A stretch of DNA of 55,327 bases from Acidobacteriota bacterium (GTDB lineage Bacteria; Acidobacteriota; Terriglobia; Versatilivoradales; Versatilivoraceae): NCBI GenBank assembly GCA_009841055.1, contig VXMN01000112.1, forward strand, positions 1 through 55,327, given 5' to 3'. The notes beneath the pieces were generated by a model. It saw nothing but the letters and a program-made list of their open reading frames with translations. It made no database searches and had not been told where the DNA came from. The translations under genes and the position numbers were made by a program. Each line of letters begins with the position of its first letter. The stretch's first letter is position 1. This document shows, in pieces, positions 19,801-27,618 of the stretch.

Positions 19801-20949
19801 AGCCATCCCGGTGCCCGGGTCTGTACGGCGCTCCCGGCTGCCGACCACGGTCGGCGCCACGAGCCCGGCCAGTTCCGGCACGAATACTTGAAAGGTCCCT
19901 TCGAACAACGACAGCCCCTGTGGTGACGCACGCCACTCGGCCTCGCTTCGCCCGTAGAGCGAAATCAGACTGAGCACCGGTATGCCCAACTGGCCGAGTG
20001 ATTTGCTCGCCTTCGGGTCGGCGAAGCGGAACATAAACGTCAGCGCGACGTCGGCCCGCACGACGCCGTCGGCACCGCGCAGCAAGGAATTGAATGTCTC
20101 CCCTGCCGGATAACCGAAGATCGGGATTGCTTCGGCCCCCTGCCGCTCGATTTCGGCGATCACCGAGTCAATGAGAACGGTGTCGCCATGGTGGAGTTTC
20201 GCCCCGTAGAAACCGATCGCGACACGCGGCGCTCCGGGACGGAGTTTGCCCGCACGCCGCCGCCAGCGGTCGAACGTCTCCCAGGTGGCGAAGGCGCGGC
20301 CGCTCAGCACTCCCCGGTCTTCGTTCTCCGCCCCGGGGTGGTAGTAGCCAGCCTCAAGGCTCGGCCGCGGGTCGGCCGCAGAGAGACCCGGAATGCCCGC
20401 CGCGGAGAGAACGTGCTTGAGCAGCCCCGCCTGGTTTGCAACGCCAGCGTGGCGCCAGAACTCGCGGGCGCGCTCGTCCCATGTCGCACCAAGCGCGACG
20501 TAGTGCTCGCGGGGCAGCAGCCCGTCGTCAACGGGCAGCACCAAGCCGTTCACGGCGACACGGCGGATGAGGTCGACGCCGTGCTCGTCGTCGAACCGTT
20601 CCAGCGCCAGGTGATCCAGAGTGTTGACGATCAGCACATCGCTCGCCAGAACATCCTCGGGATCGACCTCGTCGAACAGCGACTCAGTCAGCAGCGTCAA
20701 CGCGACGCGTTCGCGGAGATCGGGACGCTCGTGGACCACCGCCCGCCAGGCGCTCAGTATGCCCGGCACCGTGGCATCGAGCGTGACATAACAGATCCGC
20801 ACAGTTTGTGCGCTAGCTGGGCTGGAGGCCGCGCCGACCGCCAGCCAGAGGAGCGAGACAGCAATGCCGCCCAAGAGACAGCGGATACAGGTCGATGGAG
20901 AACGGGCCACAGTTCCTTCCCCTGTGCCTCCCGATGCAGGACTGTGCAC
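16897..20949 (-). CDS. cobN: CobN/BchH-family chelatase large subunit homologue with a predicted signal peptide and a C-terminal PEP-CTERM-like anchor
   Basis: 1350-aa ORF with CobN/Mg-chelatase-H hallmarks (LIHLGTHGTLEWLEGK, PNLYVYNVD, VVHSSSTMLYGALDNDDFF). The N-terminus ...CLLGGIAVSLLWLAVGAASSPASAQT is signal-like. The C-terminus is SPEPDEWSPLWVGLPLLGLLAAWRRQRR. The start is GTG at 20949 or an internal GTG at 20910. Confidence 0.9.
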   Translation of the reverse strand: MHSPASGGTGEGTVARSPSTCIRCLLGGIAVSLLWLAVGAASSPASAQTVRICYVTLDATVPGILSAWRAVVHERPDLRERVALTLLTESLFDEVDPEDVLASDVLIVNTLDHLALERFDDEHGVDLIRRVAVNGLVLPVDDGLLPREHYVALGATWDERAREFWRHAGVANQAGLLKHVLSAAGIPGLSAADPRPSLEAGYYHPGAENEDRGVLSGRAFATWETFDRWRRRAGKLRPGAPRVAIGFYGAKLHHGDTVLIDSVIAEIERQGAEAIPIFGYPAGETFNSLLRGADGVVRADVALTFMFRFADPKASKSLGQLGIPVLSLISLYGRSEAEWRASPQGLSLFEGTFQVFVPELAGLVAPTVVGSRERRTDPGTGMAVVVSQPLAARVTTAVQRAIAYASLAATPNANKRVALLFYNYPPGKATIGASYLNVAESISNILRRMLLAGYDVGGAGVDLSPGAVMAAISDRARNVAGYAPGELDALIEEGGAARVPLSDYLRWFNGFPPAFRAKVVADWGDPADSGVMARDGGFVIPAVHYGNIVLMPQPARGWSEDAEKLYHATALAPHHQYVAAYSWLKADQPAGFGADALIHLGTHGTLEWLEGKDLGLSENDAPDALVGDLPNLYVYNVDVVGEGLVARRRGMAALVDHMVPPFRTSELLPALAALGESVDDYHTNVHKSVQMTEAYADQIRRQATDLGMVKDLGIDLGSGPEIPHESVHAIEDYLIELRGQNMPYGLHAFGRVPGPEMRASTVEAIVSVDRSLLPNDATVRASEMERRIVESGPRELDHLLRALDGGYIPVGGGGEPIRNPDSYPTGKNFYGIDPEKVPKPAAWKLGVDLAEQMLADHVAEHGGYPEKVSFVIWADETLRHEGILESQIFHLLGTRPVWDARGKVVGVDVVPSSQLGRPRVDVVIASTATGMFSNVTRLMDEAVQRVKVMEEADNYVRRHYLATKAALIGRGYADEEADRRAGVRIFQEPPGSFNLNTSRIAAASGTWDSDRPMADEYLSKMGHGYGNGFWGEPMEDAFRLALSGTAKVVHSSSTMLYGALDNDDFFMYMGGLAAAVRSIDGESPQMVVANTRDPSRPEMTGIHEFIGSEFRTRYVNPTWIEGMQSEGYAGAGEMRAFVEYLWGWDAAVPETVDDAMWNESFAVYVEDRHRLDLKTFFEEYSPHAYQDITGRMVETIRKGYWAADDATAERLLQEHVESVAKHGVGCASHTCGNPRLLRYVLEQGAALNIPGPALQAYREAMQEALGVDIEEAAAAVEEFVRRNEAGTAAPALTGIKGYRMQETASASGPAPNLPAASPEPDEWSPLWVGLPLLGLLAAWRRQRRLDRGRS

Positions 20950-21256
20950 TGCTCAGCCAGGGCGGCAATCAGGCAGGCAAGCTAAAGCCTACTGCCCGTG
21001 CCTCCAACCCCGAGCGGACTCTGGAAGGCATGTGGACTCCGCGCCGACTCGCAGCCGTCAAGGAAGCGGCGGCATCGCACGGACATCCGTAGCGCATGAC
21101 TGGTCAATGATACCGGAGGCTTTCGAGCCTTTTGCAAGAATCTGGAGGCAACGGTTTCTTGGTGAGATGCCAGGCTGGGTAGAAACAAGTTCACTCGCCG
21201 TTAAATGATGGAAATTACCGAACAAGCCATCTTGGCAACGGAATGCGGACTTGTCG

Positions 21257-21300
21257 CTGAAAAACACCGTATCACATTTTAGGTTCACCTTCCAGCAAGC
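21257..21300 (-). promoter_or_regulatory. Conserved 44-nt leader/operator-like element, copy 2, upstream of the cobN-like gene
   Basis: The reverse complement gcttgctggaaggtgaacctaaaatgtgatacggtgtttttcag is 37/44 identical to 14878-14921. It has the same orientation relative to its downstream gene as copy 1. Confidence 0.5.
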
Positions 21301-21506
21301 GCCGGTTTGGTTCCCCACCCAAAATCCGGTCTTGATTCCGCGGGAAAGGTTAGGGTAATCTCTGGGTAGTTGTCCATGGCTGGTGCGTCGTGCGGCGTCC
21401 CAACCATCCTGCCAAGTCCTCACGCAATCTGCTTCAGGCGGTCGAGAATCCTGCAGGGACCAGGCAAGCCTTGGCCCGCATTTCTCACCGGGTCGCTGGA
21501 AACATC

Positions 21507-23291
21507 ATGATAGACAGTTTGTCTACAGAAATGCCTTCCCATGACGTGCTGTTGGTGGGTGGTGGAGGAGCGGGCCTGAGAGCCGCCATTGCGGTTTCCG
21601 AGGTTGACCCCGATCTGAGCGTGGCGGTGGTCTCCAAGGTCTATCCCATGAGGAGCCACACCGTGTCGGCGGAAGGCGGGTCCGCGGCCGTCATCAAGGA
21701 GGGCGACAGCCTGGACGAACACGCCTATGACACCATCTCCGGCGGGGACTGGATGTGCGACCAGGATGCCGTGGAGCTCTTCGTCAACGAGGCCCCCCGT
21801 GAAATGCTTCAACTGGAGCACTGGGGTTGCCCCTGGAGCCGGGAGCCGGACGGGCGGGTGGCCGTTCGCCCCTTCGGCGGGATGAAAAAGGAGCGTACCT
21901 GGTACGCCGCCGACAAGACCGGCTTCCACATGCTCCACGCCCTCTTTCAGACCTCTCTCAAGTACAGGTCCATCGCTCGCTACGACGAATGGTTCGTCAC
22001 CAGGCTTTTGGTGGAGGACGGCCGAGTGCAGGGCGTGGTGGCCATCGAGCTGATGACGGGCAGGATCCAGGCCATCACCGCCAAGTCCGTCATCCTCTGT
22101 ACCGGCGGTTGCGGAAAGGTGTTCCCGTTCACCACCAATGCCAACATCAAGAACGGCGACGGCATGTCGTTGGCCTACCGTGCGGGAGTGCCCCTGAAGG
22201 ACATGGAGTTCGTGCAGTACCACCCCACCGGACTCCCCTTCACCGGGATTCTGATCACTGAAGCCTCCAGGGCCGAAGGCGGGTTCCTGCTGAACAAGGA
22301 CGGGTACCGCTACCTGCAGGACTACGATCTGGGGACGCCTCAGCCCAAGCCGGTGTTGCGGTCCATGGAGCTGGGCCCCCGGGACCGCTTGTCGCAAGCC
22401 TTCATGAAGGAGTTGGACAAGGGGCGCACGCTCGAGGGTCCTTACGGGCCTTACGTCCATCTCGACCTCACCCACCTGGGCAGGAAGATCATCGACACCA
22501 AGTTGCCCTTTGTTCGTGAACTTTGCCTCAAGTACGAGAACATCGATCCGGTGAGCCAGTTGATTCCGGTCCGCCCGGTGGTCCACTACATGATGGGCGG
22601 CGTCCACACCGACATCCGGGGAGCCACGCCCCTGGATGGACTCTTCGCTGCCGGCGAGGTGGCCTGTGTGAGCATCAACGGCGCCAACCGTCTGGGCTCC
22701 AATTCCCTGACCGAGCTCCTGGTATTCGGCGCCCGGGCAGGACAGGCTGCGGCTGAACACGCTCTGCAGGACAAGCCGCTGAGCACCGGCATCGAGGCCC
22801 AGGCAGCCGACGAGAAAAAGCGCCTGGAACGGGAATTTCTCCACAAGACCGGCGGCACCGAGTCCATTGCGGACCTGCGCAGGGAAATGCAGGCCACCAT
22901 GGAAAAGAGCGCCGGCATATACCGGACGGGAGCACTGCTGGAAGAGGCTCAGGCCAGTGTCGCCGAACTGAAGGAGCGTTTCGGCCGGGTAGCCATCCAG
23001 GACCACAGCCACACCTTCAACACCGAGTTGACGGCCGCCCTGGAGCTCTCATACATGTTGGACGTGGCCGAGGCTGTGGTCGAGTGCGCCCTGCATCGAA
23101 CCGAATCCCGGGGAGCCCACCAGCGAATCGATTTTCCGCAGCGGGACGATGAACGGTTTCTGGCCCACTCGCTGGTCTCGCACCGCCCCGGCGATCGACC
23201 CAAGGTCGAATACCTGCCCGTCACCATCACCCGCTGGCCCCCGGGCGAGCGGGTGTACGGCCGGCCGGCAACTGACGCGCCACGAGGCTGA
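21507..23291 (+). CDS. frdA: Fumarate reductase (quinol) flavoprotein subunit
   Basis: ORF 21390..23291 trimmed to ATG 21507. FAD-binding motif [15 protein letters not shown]; a conserved HPTG segment and ESRGAH are present. Confidence 0.93.
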   Translation: MIDSLSTEMPSHDVLLVGGGGAGLRAAIAVSEVDPDLSVAVVSKVYPMRSHTVSAEGGSAAVIKEGDSLDEHAYDTISGGDWMCDQDAVELFVNEAPREMLQLEHWGCPWSREPDGRVAVRPFGGMKKERTWYAADKTGFHMLHALFQTSLKYRSIARYDEWFVTRLLVEDGRVQGVVAIELMTGRIQAITAKSVILCTGGCGKVFPFTTNANIKNGDGMSLAYRAGVPLKDMEFVQYHPTGLPFTGILITEASRAEGGFLLNKDGYRYLQDYDLGTPQPKPVLRSMELGPRDRLSQAFMKELDKGRTLEGPYGPYVHLDLTHLGRKIIDTKLPFVRELCLKYENIDPVSQLIPVRPVVHYMMGGVHTDIRGATPLDGLFAAGEVACVSINGANRLGSNSLTELLVFGARAGQAAAEHALQDKPLSTGIEAQAADEKKRLEREFLHKTGGTESIADLRREMQATMEKSAGIYRTGALLEEAQASVAELKERFGRVAIQDHSHTFNTELTAALELSYMLDVAEAVVECALHRTESRGAHQRIDFPQRDDERFLAHSLVSHRPGDRPKVEYLPVTITRWPPGERVYGRPATDAPRG

Positions 23292-23389
23292 CCGTGCCGG
23301 CGCATCCGGTGCGCCGGTTTCGCTTTTGGAGATGACCGGATTGCTTCCGAACGAATAAACTACCGGGAATCCATCACCCCGGAGGAGAT

Positions 23390-24133
23390 ATGGCTGAAAC
23401 GATAACCATCGAAGTGGCTCGCTACCGCCCCGAGCAGGAGGGCGAGCCCACCCTCCAATCCTACGAGGTCCCCTTCAACAAGGACTGGGTGGTTCTCGAC
23501 GCCTTGAATTACATCAAGGACCATGTGGATGGTTCGCTCTCGTTTCGCTGGTCCTGCCGCATGGGCGTCTGCGGAAGCTGCGGCATGACCGTCGACGGCG
23601 AACCCAAGCTGACTTGCGCCACCTTCCTGTCCCATTATCATCCGGGACCCATTCGGGTGGAGCCCCTCCGGAACTTTCCGGTCGTTCGGGACCTGGTCAT
23701 CGAAATGACGGACTTCATGGAAAAACTGCAGTCGGTGAAACCCTGGATCGTCCGCGAGGATGATCCGGCCCCCGCGGAGGGAGAGTTCCTGCAAACCCCG
23801 GAACAGTTGGACCAATACAAGCAGTTCAGCATGTGCATCAACTGCATGATTTGCTACGCGGCCTGCCCGGTATACGGCCTCGACCCGCAATTCGTGGGGC
23901 CGGCCGCCATTGCCCTGGCGCAGCGATACAACCTGGATTCCCGCGACCAGGGCGAGCAGGAGCGCATGGATGTCCTCTCCCAGCATGAGGGGATCTGGGG
24001 ATGCACCTTCGTGGGAGAGTGCACCGAGGTCTGTCCCAAGAACGTGGACCCGGCAGGAGCCATCCAGCAGTACAAGCTCGCGGCCACCCAGGACTGGTTC
24101 AAGTCCTTCCTGATGCCCTGGAGCAAGCGATGA
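23390..24133 (+). CDS. frdB: Fumarate reductase iron-sulfur subunit
   Basis: 247-aa ORF with 2Fe-2S ([11 protein letters not shown]), 4Fe-4S and 3Fe-4S ([24 protein letters not shown]) cysteine clusters. Confidence 0.95.
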   Translation: MAETITIEVARYRPEQEGEPTLQSYEVPFNKDWVVLDALNYIKDHVDGSLSFRWSCRMGVCGSCGMTVDGEPKLTCATFLSHYHPGPIRVEPLRNFPVVRDLVIEMTDFMEKLQSVKPWIVREDDPAPAEGEFLQTPEQLDQYKQFSMCINCMICYAACPVYGLDPQFVGPAAIALAQRYNLDSRDQGEQERMDVLSQHEGIWGCTFVGECTEVCPKNVDPAGAIQQYKLAATQDWFKSFLMPWSKR

Positions 24134-24549
24134 AGCCATCGACGGCTTATAGCCAATACCATCCCAAGTGGTACCGGACCCGGGTCTCAACCCTCTGGTG
24201 GAGCCGGAAGTGGTCGTACCTGAAGTTCATGTTGAGGGAACTCAGCAGTGTCTTTGTGGCCTCTTACATTGTGATCCTCTTGCTGCAGCTTCATGCCTTG
24301 GGAGGAGGGCCCGAGGCCTACCTGGAGTTCCAGCAATGGCTCAAGGACCCGTTGCTGGTGATCCTCAACGGCATCGGCTTTCTTTTCGTACTCTTTCACG
24401 CGGTTACCTGGTTCAACTTGACTCCGAAGGCGATGGCGGTCCGCTTGCGAGGCAAGCGGCTTCCCGACGTGCTGGTGGCCGCTCCCAACTACGCGGCCTG
24501 GCTGGCGGTTTCCGCGCTGATTGTTTTCCTTCTCATGCGACAGGGTTGA
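24130..24549 (+). CDS. frdC: Fumarate reductase membrane anchor subunit C
   Basis: ATG 24130 overlaps the frdB stop (ATGA). The 139-aa, 3-TM protein aligns by eye to E. coli FrdC (WW..K..Y..FMLRE ... H..TWF.L.PKA). Confidence 0.85.
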   Translation: MKPSTAYSQYHPKWYRTRVSTLWWSRKWSYLKFMLRELSSVFVASYIVILLLQLHALGGGPEAYLEFQQWLKDPLLVILNGIGFLFVLFHAVTWFNLTPKAMAVRLRGKRLPDVLVAAPNYAAWLAVSALIVFLLMRQG

Positions 24550-24552
24550 CCC

Positions 24553-24906
24553 ATGGCCAATCGATCCAACGAACCCCTTCTATGGGCCCTCTTCAGCGGG
24601 GGTGGCGTGGCGGCCGCCTTTCTGATTCCCGTTCTCCTCTTTCTTTACGGGTTGGCCTTCCCACTGGGATGGCTGCAGCCGCCCGACTACGAGAGAACGC
24701 TGGGCCTGGTCCAACATCCCTTGACCCGCCTGGTTCTGTTCATGCTGTGCTTCCTGTCGCTCTTTCACTGGGCTCATCGATTTCGCTTCACCCTCTACGA
24801 CGGCCTGCAGATCAAGCACCTCAATCCGGTCATCAATCTTTTCTGTTACGGAGGAGCCGTGACGGGAACGGTGGCGGCCGCCTACCTGTTGTGGACCCTG
24901 CCCTAA
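24553..24906 (+). CDS. frdD: Fumarate reductase membrane anchor subunit D
   Basis: 117-aa, 3-TM protein. The N-terminus SNEPLLWALFSGGG resembles E. coli FrdD SDEPVFWGLFGAGG. Confidence 0.85.
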   Translation: MANRSNEPLLWALFSGGGVAAAFLIPVLLFLYGLAFPLGWLQPPDYERTLGLVQHPLTRLVLFMLCFLSLFHWAHRFRFTLYDGLQIKHLNPVINLFCYGGAVTGTVAAAYLLWTLP

Positions 24907-25000
24907 CGCGACCGAACGGCATCGTCGGGAAGGGAGGGCGACAACGGGTCGAAGTTCTCAATCGGACGCTGTCTTGTGTGCGTCAGTCGTGCGCTGCGCT

Positions 25001-25402
25001 TCACTCCCTCCGCAGCCACTGCCAGCAGTCTCGGGGGCTCAGTATCGGTACCGGGGACGCCTCCGCCACCTCGAGCAAATCCCTGTCGCCTGTAACCAGA
25101 ACGTCAGACCGGCCATTTACCGCCGAGGCGAGCACCCATGTATCGTCGGAGTCCCGAATGCCCAGGTCAAGTGACGCGTCCGGTTTGGGAATGATCGTGT
25201 GTTCGCGAAGCTCCCGTTCAGCCTGTGCCAACGCGGATTCCGGAACCTTGAATCGATGCCCGAGGACCCTCCGGAACTCCAGCAGGTTGACCTCCCCGGT
25301 CAGCAGTTCATGTTCGGTCAGGACCAATCGAAACAGGTCAGCGCTCAGGCCGCGCGCCGTGTAGGCACTGACCAGGACATTCGTGTCGAAGAAGACTTTC
25401 AC
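25001..25402 (-). CDS. vapC: PIN-domain toxin (VapC-like, TIGR00305-type)
   Basis: 133-aa ORF with acidic PIN residues in MKVFFDTNVL, ...DSDDTWVLA... and LVTGDRDLL. The start overlaps the upstream antitoxin stop by 4 nt. Confidence 0.85.
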   Translation of the reverse strand: MKVFFDTNVLVSAYTARGLSADLFRLVLTEHELLTGEVNLLEFRRVLGHRFKVPESALAQAERELREHTIIPKPDASLDLGIRDSDDTWVLASAVNGRSDVLVTGDRDLLEVAEASPVPILSPRDCWQWLRRE

Positions 25403-25617
25403 GAGACGTCAAGAAAAACGTCCTCATCGGTCAGGTACCCTCTGGCTTCGGCAAACGGGATGATGCGGCGGCGGGTACGTTCGAAACGCATCAAACTGAG
25501 CTGTCTCCGCAGTGCGTCTCGCACAACCTCACTCCGTGTCCTCCCAAGCTGTTCGCACAGGTCGTCGAGTTCGACCTGCAACTCGGCTCCGAGACGAATG
25601 GTGATCACTTCTTTCAT
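25399..25617 (-). CDS. vapB: Ribbon-helix-helix (CopG/Arc-type) antitoxin
   Basis: ORF 25399..25626 (TTG) trimmed to ATG 25617. MKEVITIRLGAELQVELDDLCEQLGRTRSEVVRDALR is a typical RHH fold. Confidence 0.8.
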   Translation of the reverse strand: MKEVITIRLGAELQVELDDLCEQLGRTRSEVVRDALRRQLSLMRFERTRRRIIPFAEARGYLTDEDVFLDVS

Positions 25618-25723
25618 GTAATACAATGTATCATGACAACTACAGGCTGACCAGCCCGCTTCTTCATGGCTACCCCCTCATCGTGAGTACCCACGTTTTC
25701 CGGCATTTGTGGCGGGAGCCGGC

Positions 25724-26815
25724 TCAGGGCAGCTCGATCTCCACTGCCGAGGACTCGCGGGGTATTTGGGAGGTGAGTATGGCCACGGCCTCGTAGGACC
25801 CCAGCCTGATATCGTTGCGTTCGTTGTCCTTCAAGTTCCAGACTTCCTTGAACTTCCATTCCTTCTGAGGCAGCAGGGCATGGCTGCGGATCACCGGTGT
25901 GAAGAAGTACCCCTTCGACCAGCGCCAGACCTCGAATCCCGTCTGCTTCTCTCGGATAACAAAGTCATAGGTCTGGCTTGAGTCGAAGTTGAAGCTCAGA
26001 AAGTAGTCGGTCGGATTCTTGACGACAAGCAACAGATCGACCGCCTGGGACTTTTTCTGGAATTCCAGGCTCAATACCGGGTCGGCCCGGCTGATCACCA
26101 CCTCCGACCTGGGTCGTTCCGGTTCGCCCTCGCCCTCGGCCTCGGGCTCGGGCTCGGGCTGCATGGGATCACCGAAATTGCGGCCGTTGACCAAGGCCGA
26201 TTTCAGTCGGTAGCTCTCCGAGCCCCAGTCGGAAAAGACACCAACCTCCACGATCCCCAGACCCCTGTCGAAGATCATCTCCAGCCCCGAATCCTCACAA
26301 TCCGGGCAGGTCAAGTAGCTCAAGCGGTTGGCGACCGCAAGTCCGTCATCGCCGGGAGACTGGTCCAGGATGGCGTCGGCCGATTCTCCAACCGGGAAGA
26401 GGGGAACTTCCTCCTGGTCCTGATCCTGAGCAATCAAGCGAAGGAACCGGCGAGCGTCCGGATCGTAGCGAACCACCACGTTTTGCTCGCCTTCCAGACC
26501 CGGCACAAACGGAAGTTGATTGAAAACGTAGTAAGTGGTCCACTTCAAAATGGGCCTGGCGATAATCTCGACCTTGACCTGAGTGGTTCTCTGAAACCGG
26601 CTGTCCTCCCGATCGTAGATCCAGCGATTGCCGAGTTGGAGTGGGAGATAGTCGGGACTGAGAAAATAGTCCTGCCGGACGGCGTCGTCATCGGAGAGGG
26701 AAGCCGGGGTTGCGCGAGCAGAGGGCTCAACTCCGCCAGGCGCCAGGACACACCACAAGCCCCCCAACACTCCACAGGCCGCGACGGCATTGGCAATGGA
26801 ACTGAACCGTGCCAT
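25724..26815 (-). CDS. Secreted hypothetical protein with a C-terminal BsuPI-like (intracellular proteinase inhibitor) domain
   Basis: 363-aa ORF with a signal-like N-terminus (MARFSSIANAVAACGVLGGLWCVLA) and an acidic PEPEPEAEGEGEPERP linker. The C-terminus LLLVVKNPTDYFLSFNFDSSQTYDFVIREKQTGFEVWRWSKGYFFT resembles the B. subtilis Ipi/BsuPI pattern (from memory). Confidence 0.7.
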   Translation of the reverse strand: MARFSSIANAVAACGVLGGLWCVLAPGGVEPSARATPASLSDDDAVRQDYFLSPDYLPLQLGNRWIYDREDSRFQRTTQVKVEIIARPILKWTTYYVFNQLPFVPGLEGEQNVVVRYDPDARRFLRLIAQDQDQEEVPLFPVGESADAILDQSPGDDGLAVANRLSYLTCPDCEDSGLEMIFDRGLGIVEVGVFSDWGSESYRLKSALVNGRNFGDPMQPEPEPEAEGEGEPERPRSEVVISRADPVLSLEFQKKSQAVDLLLVVKNPTDYFLSFNFDSSQTYDFVIREKQTGFEVWRWSKGYFFTPVIRSHALLPQKEWKFKEVWNLKDNERNDIRLGSYEAVAILTSQIPRESSAVEIELP

Positions 26816-26820
26816 GAGGC

Positions 26821-27591
26821 TTACACAGGCGGGACTGACCAGGCCGCGACTCTCGCAATGGTCAAGACATCGACTCGATGTGCCCCCTGTTTTCCAAGCA
26901 TCCTAGCACATTCGTTCAAGATAGCGCCGGTGGTGAAGACATCGTCCACCAGGAGGACCGCCCGCTTGCGGACGGCTTCCCGATCAGCCACTCTGAACGC
27001 CCCCCGGATATTCCGGCGCCGCTGTCCGCGGGAGAGCCCCGCCTGGACCGCGGTGGACCGATGTCTGACGAGAACCCTGTCCGCCAAAGGGACTTGCGTC
27101 CAACGACTCAGGTGCCGCGCCAGCAACCAGGCCTGGTTGAAGCCGCGTTTCCTCTGGCGGGCCTTGTGGAGGGGCACCGGAACGATCATGTCCGGAACCC
27201 GGTCCCGATAGCCCTGCACCCAAAGCGTGTGGATCAGGCGGGCCAGCGGACGAGCCAAGCTGGGATGGGAGCCGTACTTGAACTGGTGGATGATGGTCTG
27301 GAGGGGGTCCTCAAGCCTGCCGTAGGATCGCGCGAAATCGAAGTGGAAGTAGCCTCGGCGGCAGGCCGCGCACAAGACCCTCCGGGCCGGGAGATTGCGG
27401 GAAGCAAAGGCATAGCCGCACAGGTCGCACAGAATTCCGTCCAGCCGGGCGATGCGCTGCCAGCAGGGCTGGCACACGACCCCGCACCCCAAGGTTTCCA
27501 CGAAGTTCTGACAGACCACGCAGGTGGCGGGCGACAGAACCGAAACGAGCGAGTCTATACAAGGGCGTAAACGCCCGAAGACGGGATTCAA
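26821..27591 (-). CDS. comF: ComF-family protein (double zinc ribbon plus phosphoribosyltransferase domain)
   Basis: 256-aa ORF with N-terminal CxxC pairs (CVVCQ..CQPCW..CDLCG..CAAC) and the PRTase motif VLLVDDVFTTGA. Confidence 0.85.
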   Translation of the reverse strand: MNPVFGRLRPCIDSLVSVLSPATCVVCQNFVETLGCGVVCQPCWQRIARLDGILCDLCGYAFASRNLPARRVLCAACRRGYFHFDFARSYGRLEDPLQTIIHQFKYGSHPSLARPLARLIHTLWVQGYRDRVPDMIVPVPLHKARQRKRGFNQAWLLARHLSRWTQVPLADRVLVRHRSTAVQAGLSRGQRRRNIRGAFRVADREAVRKRAVLLVDDVFTTGAILNECARMLGKQGAHRVDVLTIARVAAWSVPPV

Positions 27592-27618
27592 ACTACGGTT
27601 CGGACAGCGAGGGAGGGA

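Noticed and set aside
14878-21300. Interpretation of the 44-nt inverted repeats as terminal inverted repeats of a composite transposon.
   Set aside because: I found no transposase, resolvase or integrase ORF inside or beside the block, and no flanking direct repeats. This is kept only as an alternative hypothesis.
21058-21423. 121-aa ORF on the minus strand covering copy 2 of the 44-nt element. I considered it as a real gene, with the left copy as its pseudogenised paralogue.
   Set aside because: Only about 55% of its codons end in G/C by hand count, versus about 78% in a neighbouring ORF counted the same way. It has a GTG start and no recognisable family. The left copy has an in-frame stop 2 codons upstream of the similarity. 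The region is more likely non-coding leader/promoter DNA. The partial third-position bias of the mismatches is kept as a caveat in the finding.
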